Source of the DNA: Bacteroidota bacterium
Lineage (GTDB): Bacteria; Bacteroidota; Bacteroidia; Chitinophagales; Saprospiraceae
DNA: 54,858 nt
Assembly: GCA_024277695.1 (NCBI GenBank)
Contig: JAJRUR010000076.1
Location: 1 to 54,858, forward strand
Reading direction: 5' to 3'
A model generated the notes under the pieces. It had not been told where the DNA came from. It did no database searches and worked only from the letters and a program-made list of their open reading frames with translations. Of the stretch, positions 18,349-27,363 are shown piece after piece. The translations under genes and the position numbers were made by a program. Each line of letters opens with the position of its first letter. Position 1 is the stretch's first letter.

Positions 18349-20712
18349 TTGAAACTACAACATATTCTATTCCTCCTATTTTGTCTTTCAGGCAGAGCTT
18401 ATACGCAGTCAGATTATTCCAAAGTTAAAATCAATCTTATTGGTAAGGATATCAGTACATTGGCCAAAGCCGGAATCGAAGTGGATCATGGTTATTTTGC
18501 TCCCGGCAAATGCCTCATCAATGATTTTTCGAAAGAGGAGATAGCCAAGATTAGGTCTTTGGGTTATGAAATGGAGGTGCTTATAGACGATGTAGTAAGT
18601 TATTACAGCGATCCCAATAGAGCTAATCAGCAATTGGCATTGAGTTCAGGAGTAGCCTTATGTGATCAGAATGAACTCGAACTGTATCAAACACCATTAA
18701 ACTATCATTATGGATCGATGGGTGGATATTTGACTTGGGATGAGCTTTTGGTCGAATTGGATAGTATGGCTATGCTATATCCCGATTTGGTCACGGTGAA
18801 GACACCTATCGGTATTCAGTCGCTAGAAGGTAGAGAAATATATTGGTTGCGTATATCGGATAATGCTACTGTAGATGAAGACGAACCCGAAGTGCTTTAT
18901 ACCGCGCTTCACCATGCTCGGGAGCCCAATAGTCTATCACAGATGATATTCTATATGTGGTATCTTTTGGAAAATTATGCTGAAGATCCGGAGATCAAAC
19001 AATTAGTGGATGCAACGGAAATGTACTTTATCCCATGTATCAACCCCGATGGATATGTTTTTAATCAGAAAAATCAACCGGATGGCGGAGGGCTCTGGCG
19101 CAAGAATAAGCGGTTGATTGGGCCTCAACTGTTCGGTGTCGATCTAAATCGTAATTACGGCTATCTGTGGGGATTGGATGACGAGGGCTCCAGTGCGCAT
19201 CCGGGCGATCAGACTTATCGTGGTGTATCGGAATTCAGTGAGCCGGAGACGCAAGCGGTAAAGGAGTTTTGCGAAGCGCATGCATTTAAAATAGCTCTCA
19301 ACTATCACACTTACGGCAATCTGCTTATCCACCCTTGGGGCTACAACGATCAGCCTACGGAGGATAATGAAATTTTTAAAACGATCGGGCGAGAAATGAC
19401 CAAAGAAAACGATTACTTACTGGGTACAGGTAAGGAGACTGTGGGATATATCGTCAATGGAGATAGTGATGATTGGATGTATGGTGAAGAACTGTCCAAG
19501 TCAAAAATATTTTCTATGACTCCGGAAGTTGGAAATGCACAAGATGGATTTTGGCCTGCTCGGGATCGAATAGACATATTGAACAAAAGTGCGCTGCATC
19601 AAAATCTTGTAGCTGCACAAGCTCTGCATCCTTGGCTGACAATAGAAGAAAAAATAAAAAGCGAATTTATTTTTGATCGCGATGGTACTATTGTATGGGA
19701 TCTCAGCAATTTCGGACTAGAAGATGGTGATTTTACTGTTAAGTTCTATACCGAACCATCCAATGTCTTGCTACTGGTCAAAGAAGAGAGCTTTCGGCTC
19801 AATTCTATGCAGCAACGAGAGATTTCTATGCCTTTTTATATAGACGACCCAATCGTCTCCGGAAGTGAAGTGGATTTTATAGTAGAGGTAAATTCAGGAG
19901 AGTTTAGCTATAGATCTAGATTTAGAAAGACTTTGGCACTCGGTGAGCGCGTAGAAGTGTTAAATGATCGTATCAAAAACTTGGATAACTTTTTGGTCAC
20001 TACTTCGTGGGGCATATCAGACCAGATATACTTGTCGCTGCCCGGATCACTCGCAGATAGCCCGGAAGGTGATTATGCACCAAATGCTCGTGCTATAGTG
20101 ACGCTCAATACTCCAATTGATCTGTCGGATGCTATCCAGGCCCATGTCCGATTCGATGCCTTGTGGCAGATTGAAAAGGATTATGATTATGCACAAATAC
20201 TGGCATCATCCGATGGACTTAATTTTAGTCCGCTTTGCGGCTTTTTTACTAAGCCGGGGAGTGCTGATCAAGCTTTGGACGAACCACTTTACGATGGAGT
20301 GTCATTAGGTTGGGTTCAAGAAAGTATGAGTTTGGAAGATTACTTAGGCGAAAAAGAGGTCTTTTTGCGATTTGTATTTATGTCAGATCAGGCAGTAGAG
20401 CTTCGAGGAATTTATATCGACAATTTGCTCATTGAGAAAATCACCGGAAGAGTAACAGCTACAGAGGATGTCAACTCTTTATCAGGACTTCGGATATCAC
20501 CAAATCCGGTAGATAATCAATTGCTGATAGAGACAGAGAATACAGCTGTAGAATGTGTGTTGTATGATCTTACCGGCAAGCCACTCATCCGCCAGAGTAT
20601 CGCCAAAGACCAAACCCTCATAGAGACCGGTATGCTGAGTTCGGGAGTTTATATGCTACGTATTTATCTCAAAAACGGAGGAATTGTAACCAAAAAACTC
20701 ATCAAAATATAG
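18349..20712 (+). CDS. M14 family zinc carboxypeptidase with a T9SS type A C-terminal sorting domain
   Basis: TTG start with a good signal peptide. Carries the HxxE zinc motif (LHHAREPNS), NRNY and YH.YG motifs. The C-terminal 80 aa (ISPNPVDNQLLIE...GVYMLRIYLKNGGIVTKKLIKI) matches the Por secretion tail. Confidence 0.85.
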   Translation: MKLQHILFLLFCLSGRAYTQSDYSKVKINLIGKDISTLAKAGIEVDHGYFAPGKCLINDFSKEEIAKIRSLGYEMEVLIDDVVSYYSDPNRANQQLALSSGVALCDQNELELYQTPLNYHYGSMGGYLTWDELLVELDSMAMLYPDLVTVKTPIGIQSLEGREIYWLRISDNATVDEDEPEVLYTALHHAREPNSLSQMIFYMWYLLENYAEDPEIKQLVDATEMYFIPCINPDGYVFNQKNQPDGGGLWRKNKRLIGPQLFGVDLNRNYGYLWGLDDEGSSAHPGDQTYRGVSEFSEPETQAVKEFCEAHAFKIALNYHTYGNLLIHPWGYNDQPTEDNEIFKTIGREMTKENDYLLGTGKETVGYIVNGDSDDWMYGEELSKSKIFSMTPEVGNAQDGFWPARDRIDILNKSALHQNLVAAQALHPWLTIEEKIKSEFIFDRDGTIVWDLSNFGLEDGDFTVKFYTEPSNVLLLVKEESFRLNSMQQREISMPFYIDDPIVSGSEVDFIVEVNSGEFSYRSRFRKTLALGERVEVLNDRIKNLDNFLVTTSWGISDQIYLSLPGSLADSPEGDYAPNARAIVTLNTPIDLSDAIQAHVRFDALWQIEKDYDYAQILASSDGLNFSPLCGFFTKPGSADQALDEPLYDGVSLGWVQESMSLEDYLGEKEVFLRFVFMSDQAVELRGIYIDNLLIEKITGRVTATEDVNSLSGLRISPNPVDNQLLIETENTAVECVLYDLTGKPLIRQSIAKDQTLIETGMLSSGVYMLRIYLKNGGIVTKKLIKI

Positions 20713-20823
20713 TGCCGTATCTTTCTTGTCTTGCTTGATTTAAAGTATATGCCCGATTTGTGGCAAAAAAGTACTTGTTCGGCTTGTCCCCCCATATGGT
20801 AGTAGAGTAGGGTAAGCACTTAA

Positions 20824-21480
20824 CTAGTTCTCAAAAGCATACTGAAGGATATTGGCACCCATTCTTAACGCTTTTAAGTGTGCTTCCGGTGTATCATTAT
20901 GAACTTCAATATCTTCCCAGCCATCACCCAAATCCGATTCATAAGAATAAAAACATACTAAACGTCCCTCCCAAATCAAACCAAACCCTTGTGCAGGCTT
21001 TGCATCGTGTTGATGAATCTTGGGCAATCCGTTCTCAAAATCAAACTTGCTATGATAGATCGGATGGTCGAAGGGGAGCTCTACAAAATCCAATTCAGGA
21101 AAGACTTGTTTCATCGCCAATCGGACGTAGGGATCAATACCATAGTTGTCATCTATATGCAAAAAACCACCGGCTATCAAGTAAGAACGCAAATTGAGGG
21201 CTTCTGTCTGATCAAAGATAATATTGCCGTGACCCGTAATATGAACGAAAGGAAAATTATATATATTCGGGTCACCCGGTTCGACGGTTGCATAGTCTAG
21301 CGCAAGACCTGTTTTTAACTCTTGATTGGCAAAGCGGCTGAGGTTTGGAAGGGAGGTAGGATTGGCATACCAGTCTCCTCCTCCTTTATATTTTAAAAGA
21401 GCCAACTGCAATTGCCCGCTTTGTGCTAATATCCCACTCCAACAAAGTACTAGTATCAGCGTGCTGATCTTATGATACAT
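20824..21480 (-). CDS. DUF4159-like secreted protein
   Basis: 218 aa with a signal peptide. The motif LKYKGGGDWYANPTSLPNL is one I recall as characteristic of DUF4159. Confidence 0.6.
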   Translation of the reverse strand: MYHKISTLILVLCWSGILAQSGQLQLALLKYKGGGDWYANPTSLPNLSRFANQELKTGLALDYATVEPGDPNIYNFPFVHITGHGNIIFDQTEALNLRSYLIAGGFLHIDDNYGIDPYVRLAMKQVFPELDFVELPFDHPIYHSKFDFENGLPKIHQHDAKPAQGFGLIWEGRLVCFYSYESDLGDGWEDIEVHNDTPEAHLKALRMGANILQYAFEN

Positions 21481-21497
21481 ATCTTATTATTTTATCG

Positions 21498-21580
21498 TGC
21501 CGAAGGCGGGACTCGAACCCGCATGTCCTAAGGACACACGCCCCTGAAACGTGCGTGTCTACCAATTCCACCACTTCGGC
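21498..21580 (-). tRNA. tRNA-Leu (anticodon CAG), class II with a long variable arm
   Basis: The reverse complement folds: acceptor GCCGAAG/CTTCGGC, anticodon stem CACGT/GCGTG, loop TTCAGGG, a 14-nt variable arm, and T-arm GCGGG-TTCGAGT-CCCGC. Confidence 0.9.
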
Positions 21581-21696
21581 TGTTTCTCCTGCAAATAACG
21601 CTATTTTATCTCTCTTTTGTTTATTGGTCCTTTATTTTTTATATATGAACACTCTCGAACGATACTAGTCCCAAAGAGAAAATCTCCCAACCGGAC

Positions 21697-21734
21697 AAAA
21701 AAAAGAGTCAAGCGATTATAGAATCACTTGACTC
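21697..21734 (-). terminator. Orphan rho-independent terminator reading on the minus strand
   Basis: An 8-bp stem GAGTCAAG/CTTGACTC with a 14-nt loop. On the minus strand it is followed by a run of 8 U (A8 on the plus strand at 21697-21704). Confidence 0.4.
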
Positions 21735-22008
21735 AGCACCGAACCTATGACATCAACTTAGAACATTGATGCATGTAAAGATTAGTACATTATACGCTTG
21801 GTAGGTGTATTACTGTTATTTAGTTGGTTAAATGTCGTGTGGGCTACTTTTTAACTCTATATTACCTTGGGAAGAAATATAAGACAGTAGATGCAAAGAG
21901 GACTGATGTGTAGTTGTATGGGGTAGTGCTGTTTTCGTTGACAGGAATAACTACCACCAAACTAAAATAAAATATAAGTATTTCTTTTAACTTTTAACTT
22001 ATTTTGGA

Positions 22009-22016
22009 TAGTTTTG
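22009..22016 (+). promoter_or_regulatory. Candidate -7 promoter box (TAGTTTTG) for tRNA-Leu(CAA)
   Basis: TAnnTTTG match ending 12 nt before the tRNA 5' end. Confidence 0.45.
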
Positions 22017-22028
22017 CAATCCACAATT

Positions 22029-22112
22029 GCCGACGTGGTGGAATTGGTAGACACGCTGGATTCAAAATCCAGTTCTGGCAACAGAGTGGGGGTTCGATTC
22101 CCCCCGTCGGTA
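22029..22112 (+). tRNA. tRNA-Leu (anticodon CAA), class II
   Basis: Anticodon stem CTGGA/TCCAG with loop TTCAAAA, a 15-nt variable arm, T-arm GGGGG-TTCGATT-CCCCC, and acceptor GCCGACG/CGTCGGT (G1-U72 wobble). Confidence 0.9.
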
Positions 22113-22146
22113 CTACAGTTTATCGTATCTCCTCCAACCGATTTTT

Positions 22147-22659
22147 TTAATCCGTAACTCCTATATTCTCTCTTAAGCGCTCTAAGTATTTCTTCTTGAG
22201 ATAATAATCCTTTATTTGTGGTAATGATTGCTCGGGGTTCGTTGGATACCCAAGGAGAGCCGGTTTCAGTTTTTCTCTTAACTGTCGATGTATATCTTCT
22301 ATTTTTTTGCCAAAAGCAAGGACATTTTTTTTATCATTTGTATTTAATTCCATCAACTCTTCGTTGAGATCCATCATCTCCATCAAAAAATTTTGTGGCA
22401 ATGATGCACCGGAATCATCCAAGATATCATGGAGTTCCAAAATATATCTCATACGGAGATCTTCATCCTTGAGTGTCTTATATGCCTGATTATTAAAACT
22501 TGATTGTTGGAGGGCATCCATCAGTTCATTAGGGTCTGCTTCAGCATGATGGTCAGGGTGATATTTTTTGCTCATCGAGATATACTTATTGCGCAGTTCA
22601 GCTCCGTCTATTTCAAAAGATATATCCATATCATAAAACTCGAAATAATTCATATGCAA
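22147..22659 (-). CDS. hscB: J-domain co-chaperone, HscB-like
   Basis: 170 aa. N-terminal J-domain with HPD (KKYHPDHH), then a helical C-terminal domain. Confidence 0.7.
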   Translation of the reverse strand: MHMNYFEFYDMDISFEIDGAELRNKYISMSKKYHPDHHAEADPNELMDALQQSSFNNQAYKTLKDEDLRMRYILELHDILDDSGASLPQNFLMEMMDLNEELMELNTNDKKNVLAFGKKIEDIHRQLREKLKPALLGYPTNPEQSLPQIKDYYLKKKYLERLRENIGVTD

Positions 22660-22673
22660 TTTTTTCTAACACA

Positions 22674-24008
22674 TCAAAATAAGCGACTGATGTCCAATCC
22701 TATGATATATACCATCAAAAGGAGTAGTATGGCCATGCCGGCCATTGTAGCGTATTGCAGTACCTTTTCGTTAGGCTTCTTACCTGTAATCATCTCTATC
22801 AAAATAAATAGAGCATGCCCCCCATCAAGTGCAGGTATCGGCAGTAGATTCATAAATCCAAGAATCATAGAAAGGAGTGCTGTTAAGTTCCAAAACTGAA
22901 TCCAATCCCAAGTACGTGGAAAAATACGCGCAATCGTAATTGGACCACCCAGACTATCTTTTGCCTTGATCTTACCTGAAAACATCTTGCCCACAGCTTT
23001 TATTTGCATCGCCAATGTCTGGACACCTTTGGATACTCCTGCCGGTAAGGACTCAAAAAATCCATATTCTTTTTTATCAAACTTCAGAAACTTGTCCGGA
23101 CCATACATACTTATTCCGATCATCCCTTCTTCAGTCGTGGTTATACTTAATGGGATAGTATCTTGCCGATTTCTCAGAACAGTCAAATCAAGCTTTTGAG
23201 ACCTTTTTCCTCTAATGGCTTTTAAAAAATCATTTTGATAGAATGTAGGAATACCATCGAGCATGATGATACGATCATCCTTCTGAATACCGGCTTTTTC
23301 CGCAGGCTTAGCTTTGATCACATCTTGCACCTGTAAAGGAAATCTGGGACCAAACAGACTCAAGCGATTAGAACTGTTTTTCGTCAATAACTTGATCCAC
23401 TTCTCATCAATCCGCACTTTGGTCAACTCGCCTTCGCGCATAACATCGATAAACCCGGCATCATTGATTACAATCTCTTTGATAAGACTACTTTGGTCTA
23501 GAGACTTTAGTGTCCGACCGCCTACATTGACGATCTTGTCTCCATCTCGCAAACCCATGTCATACCCAAGCGAGTCAACATAAATACCGTATGTCGCATT
23601 TTCAGGACTTAAATACTGCTCACCTTGTGTGTAAAACAACATGGCATATATAAAAAATCCAAGAATAAAATTGACTGTCACTCCACCCAAAATTATTATC
23701 AAGCGCTGCCAGGCAGGCTTAGACCGAAATTCCCATGGTTCCGGTTCTTTTTCTAGTTGTTCCGTATCCATACTCTCATCTACCATTCCTGCTATTTTGA
23801 CATAACCACCCAACGGCAACCAACCGACTCCATATTCTGTTTCTCCTATTTTTTTTGAAAACAAAGAAAATTTTACATCAAAAAAAAGAAAAAACTTTTC
23901 GACTCTTGTCTTGAACCATTTGGCGGGGAGAAAATGACCCAACTCGTGCAGTATGACCAGTATGGACAGACTGAGCACAAAGAGAATCACCATAGTAACT
24001 ATTTCCAT
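22674..24008 (-). CDS. rseP: RIP (site-2) zinc metalloprotease RseP
   Basis: HELGHF in TM1, PDZ-like middle region, and a C-terminal NLLPIPALDGG motif. Confidence 0.92.
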   Translation of the reverse strand: MEIVTMVILFVLSLSILVILHELGHFLPAKWFKTRVEKFFLFFDVKFSLFSKKIGETEYGVGWLPLGGYVKIAGMVDESMDTEQLEKEPEPWEFRSKPAWQRLIIILGGVTVNFILGFFIYAMLFYTQGEQYLSPENATYGIYVDSLGYDMGLRDGDKIVNVGGRTLKSLDQSSLIKEIVINDAGFIDVMREGELTKVRIDEKWIKLLTKNSSNRLSLFGPRFPLQVQDVIKAKPAEKAGIQKDDRIIMLDGIPTFYQNDFLKAIRGKRSQKLDLTVLRNRQDTIPLSITTTEEGMIGISMYGPDKFLKFDKKEYGFFESLPAGVSKGVQTLAMQIKAVGKMFSGKIKAKDSLGGPITIARIFPRTWDWIQFWNLTALLSMILGFMNLLPIPALDGGHALFILIEMITGKKPNEKVLQYATMAGMAILLLLMVYIIGLDISRLF

Positions 24009-24232
24009 AAATTGAGATTATCGTTTATTGTTCAGTAGCTGAAGTGCATTCCGTTAAGTAGAACAAGGTCAAATCCTGACCGGCTATACCTTTGGACAAC
24101 GCTATTTTGTTTAGATTTGTTCTAAAAAGACGCAAAAGTAATATTTTTTGAAAGCTTTTCTATTTCAAAATACTATATGTTGGTATTAAAGCATTGTAAA
24201 TCCAAGTTAATATTCTAATAAAAAGGCATACA

Positions 24233-24934
24233 TTGAACTACTTTTTTTCTTACTTGATTGATGACGATGAACTCCTACTGGATGGTGATGAGGCGAGGCA
24301 TTGTATCAAGGTACTTCGCCGGCAGATAGGTGATCTGATAGAGGTACTTGATGGCAAGGGACGTGTATATCACTGCCGGATCAAAGAGATTAGGCGACAC
24401 GCTGTGCTAGCAAGTATCCAATCTGCTAACTTCTATGACTTGGGTCAGGATCCTCAGCTCACTATTGCTATCTCACCCTTAAAAAATCAAAAGCGTTTTG
24501 AGTGGTTTCTCGAAAAAAGTACTGAATTGGGCATCAGCAGGATAGTACCATTGCTCTGTCACCGTACGGAAAAAACCAGAATCAAACGCGAGCGATGGTG
24601 GCAGATAATGGTTGCTGCTATGAAGCAATCCGGACGCTACTATTTGCCTATATTGAACGATCTGACGGACTATGACAAATTTATCGCGGAGACAACAAGT
24701 AATACGGGCAAATATATAGGCTATTGTGCTGCAACTTTACCAAAATTTCAAGATTACTTGCCGGGTAAATACAAGGGGATTCGAGTACTAATAGGTCCCG
24801 AAGGAGATTTTACTCCTGATGAGTACCAACGTGCACTTGAAGCCGGTTATAAGGGCGTTAGTCTGGGTCCTAACCGATATCGCACAGAAACTGCAGGTAT
24901 GCTCGTGGCTGCTTTGGTGCATAGTTGTTTGTGA
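24233..24934 (+). CDS. rsmE: 16S rRNA (uracil1498-N3)-methyltransferase RsmE
   Basis: TTG start. PUA-like N-terminus (GDEARHCIKVLR), a SPOUT C-terminus with IGPEGDFTPDE, and a terminal RTETAG. Confidence 0.85.
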   Translation: MNYFFSYLIDDDELLLDGDEARHCIKVLRRQIGDLIEVLDGKGRVYHCRIKEIRRHAVLASIQSANFYDLGQDPQLTIAISPLKNQKRFEWFLEKSTELGISRIVPLLCHRTEKTRIKRERWWQIMVAAMKQSGRYYLPILNDLTDYDKFIAETTSNTGKYIGYCAATLPKFQDYLPGKYKGIRVLIGPEGDFTPDEYQRALEAGYKGVSLGPNRYRTETAGMLVAALVHSCL

Positions 24935-25328
24935 TCTCTTTTACTCTTAATTTTCTATCCAGATCTCTTGCAGGAGCTTAAAATGTCCTGTGAGAATTCG
25001 TCTTCCGACGTATAGATATTCTGCTATCCAAGAGCATAGCTTCAGCAGTCCGGAAAATACCTGAAGAATGTTCATTTTATTAGGATGCAATATAGAGCCG
25101 CCTAATGCAGAATAAATGGATGTTAAATAGTGCCCGGAAAAAGATAAAAATTATTATATATCTAGTTATCAATAATGTATGTATTAAGAAAAAACATAAA
25201 CCTTCTGATATTTTAAATATTTTAAAATACCCCCCCTTCCCGGCCAAAACCTAATGCGCAACACGCATTTTTGCAAAAACCATAGACTTTTTCTTTACCA
25301 ATTAATACCCCAAAAACTGAGTCGTTTA

Positions 25329-25533
25329 CCCTCACGACGAGGCAGATAACCCAAGCGACTGCGCACCCCTCTTTTTTTAAGAGAGCGGGGATGCGTAGTA
25401 CTGTTGTCCTCCCCAAACCCCCTCCAAAGGGGGACAAGGTCACTACTCGCTTATGCGCTGGACAGCTTATGCGCTTGTGATCCACGATTTAGACATCTCG
25501 GATTATCCGAGGAGGCACGACGAAGCAGTCGCA
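25329..25533 (+). repeat. Copy A of a GC-rich, hairpin-rich intergenic module (core about 205 nt)
   Basis: Aligns base-for-base with 28766-29006 apart from a few indels or substitutions and one 30-nt unit. It stands out as GC-rich within AT-rich intergenic DNA. Confidence 0.9.
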
Positions 25534-25763
25534 ATCCTACGGACACGTTTCTAACCGCAAAGGACGCAAGTGGGGGAGTGGTTTACCGTCACTACGAGGA
25601 GGAAGAATGACCTAACTAGTTTTTTTAAAAAATAACAGCACTTTTGCTAACTTAAACGTTATTTAAAAAAAATTACTATATTCGTAATTGTAAATTCATT
25701 TCGTGTTTATTATTCTGATAATAAAACGAAGTGCTTATTCTTTCACCTAAATATTTTATCATT

Positions 25764-25823
25764 ATGTTTTATCAAAAAATTTTATCCCCCCCCCCCCCTG
25801 TTAATCAAATTATTATTTTGTAA
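25764..25823 (+). other. Short upstream reading frame holding the ATG and first part of a signal peptide, cut off from the 25831 ORF by a C13 tract
   Basis: ATG at 25764 reads MFYQKILSPPPPVNQIIIL then a stop at 25821. With 12 or 15 C it would read straight into the downstream ORF. Confidence 0.6.
25786..25798 (+). repeat. Homopolymeric C13 tract (candidate slipped-strand phase-variation switch)
   Basis: Counted directly: positions 25786-25798 are all C. Confidence 0.95.
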
Positions 25824-25830
25824 CATCTTC

Positions 25831-27288
25831 TTGATGCTTAGCTTTTATTCTCATTCTCAAATTTCAAATATGAGAGGAGTACACGGCTTTGTCTTTGATG
25901 ACTGCACCGCCAACCCTATAGAAGGAATTAAGGTATGTGCCTTTAATCATTCGACCAATAGAAATGATTGTACGGTCACCGATAGCGATGGAAAGTATCA
26001 TATACCTATATACACATCAGGTATTTGGATAACTGTAACGACAAATAATCAGTCTGAAAATATTTTTAATTATCCCGGATTCGCCTTCGTTAATTTTGAT
26101 ATTGTTTCTCCTGTGGACTATATGAGAGTCGTGAATTGTGCAACCGGTGAGAGCAAGTTAATATATAGCACAGACTTTAGTACGCGACCGACTATAATTT
26201 CTTGTGAAAAATGGGATTTGAAATTTGATACAGATTATAATCAATATGGTCCTTATGATTATTTTTATACAGTTAGAAGTTTTTTCCCTTGGGGAGGAAA
26301 CACCGTTCTTCGACAATGGTCAATAGGATGTGATAATCCAAATAATCCACCGGAATCAATAAATTGTGCCGGAATCGATTTGACCGAGAAACTCCGAGGG
26401 CTACCCAATGCAGTCTATCAAATTACTCTCGTAAAAGCTTGTTGCGACCGAGGAGATGGTGACTTCCCACGCCAGATTACTTCAGGCCTCGTCACGTGGC
26501 AAAACTCCGAAAGTCCTGTTGTTGATTTTAAATTTCTTGCATCTTTTGAGATCGAAGATCTCAATGGAGAAAATGATAACAATGGAATGATCGACTTTAT
26601 CTCGGACTCAAGACCCGGTCCGTTACTCGGTGATATAAGTAGTGGATTTAACGGTTCTTTTACCACAGGTAATAATATAAGTAATTATAATGTAAAAATA
26701 GAAGGAGTGAATTGTGAGGGGCAAATTGTACTTGAGACAGTTTATAACGAAAATTTCCAACCGGATGCCACGGGAAAACTGCCGGACAATTTTCTCTTTG
26801 CCGCCAATGTAAAAGATGCAAATGGGACACCATTGTTTTTGTCCAAACGTGGGGAATGTTTCAAATTTACTCTATCTGCAACCAATGCATGTGGAACGGA
26901 TTCTAAATCGAGTTATTTTAAGATTACGGAGAGTTGTATGTACTGTATGGATGCCCCTGACAAAAACCCTATAGCGCAGCAAGTACATAAGATTTTTTCA
27001 GAATCAAATAATACTGATATAGAGTCTGCGCAGGGTATATCGCTTGAGTTCCCGACTATAAATGATCGGCAAGAGGTTCCGACGAGTATATACCCCAACC
27101 CCGCAGATGATCAGCTCTACATCCGCTCATCGGTACTCCAATCTTGGGATATCTATAATAGCAGTGGTCAGCATATCCTACAAGGCACAGATAGAAATAT
27201 ACATGTCAACTCCTTACAAAAAGGTCTCTATCTGATCGATATAAAAACTGTACAGGGCAGTAAAATATTAAAATTTGTAAAACAATAA
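25831..27288 (+). CDS. Secreted protein with a CarboxypepD_reg-like N-terminal domain and a T9SS type A C-terminal sorting domain. As sequenced, the frame lacks its own ATG and signal peptide.
   Basis: The C-terminus IYPNPADDQLYIRSS...GLYLIDIKTVQGSKILKFVKQ is a type A CTD. The listed start (TTG/ATG at 25831/25834) begins with LSFYSHSQ, which looks like the end of a signal peptide rather than a start. Confidence 0.75.
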   Translation: MMLSFYSHSQISNMRGVHGFVFDDCTANPIEGIKVCAFNHSTNRNDCTVTDSDGKYHIPIYTSGIWITVTTNNQSENIFNYPGFAFVNFDIVSPVDYMRVVNCATGESKLIYSTDFSTRPTIISCEKWDLKFDTDYNQYGPYDYFYTVRSFFPWGGNTVLRQWSIGCDNPNNPPESINCAGIDLTEKLRGLPNAVYQITLVKACCDRGDGDFPRQITSGLVTWQNSESPVVDFKFLASFEIEDLNGENDNNGMIDFISDSRPGPLLGDISSGFNGSFTTGNNISNYNVKIEGVNCEGQIVLETVYNENFQPDATGKLPDNFLFAANVKDANGTPLFLSKRGECFKFTLSATNACGTDSKSSYFKITESCMYCMDAPDKNPIAQQVHKIFSESNNTDIESAQGISLEFPTINDRQEVPTSIYPNPADDQLYIRSSVLQSWDIYNSSGQHILQGTDRNIHVNSLQKGLYLIDIKTVQGSKILKFVKQ

Positions 27289-27298
27289 CTTATGTTAG

Positions 27299-27338
27299 AG
27301 AGATGGGCATAGCTAGATGCTCATCTCTGTTTTTTTTT
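27299..27338 (+). terminator. Rho-independent terminator
   Basis: A 12-bp stem (AGAGATGGGCAT / ATGCTCATCTCT with one G-U pair), a 6-nt loop, then G and a run of 9 T. Confidence 0.85.
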
Positions 27339-27363
27339 AATATCATTTAAAATTATTTAAGGT

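Noticed and set aside
21919-21958. GGGGTAGTGCTGTTTTCGTTGACAGG resembles the 5' end of tmRNA or part of SRP RNA.
   Set aside because: Only about 90 nt remain before tRNA-Leu(CAA). There is no tRNA-like 3' end, no tag ORF, and no GGAAGCAGCC-type SRP domain IV motif.
25230-25236. A C7 run in the intergenic region upstream of copy A.
   Set aside because: It is not adjacent to any start codon or promoter-like spacer, so there is no basis for a phase-variation claim.
25222-25610. Two overlapping ORFs (87 aa on the minus strand, 68 aa on the plus strand) across repeat copy A.
   Set aside because: Copy B, which is near-identical, carries no ORF of 60 aa or more, so the reading frames are not conserved. 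The region is better explained as a non-coding structured repeat.
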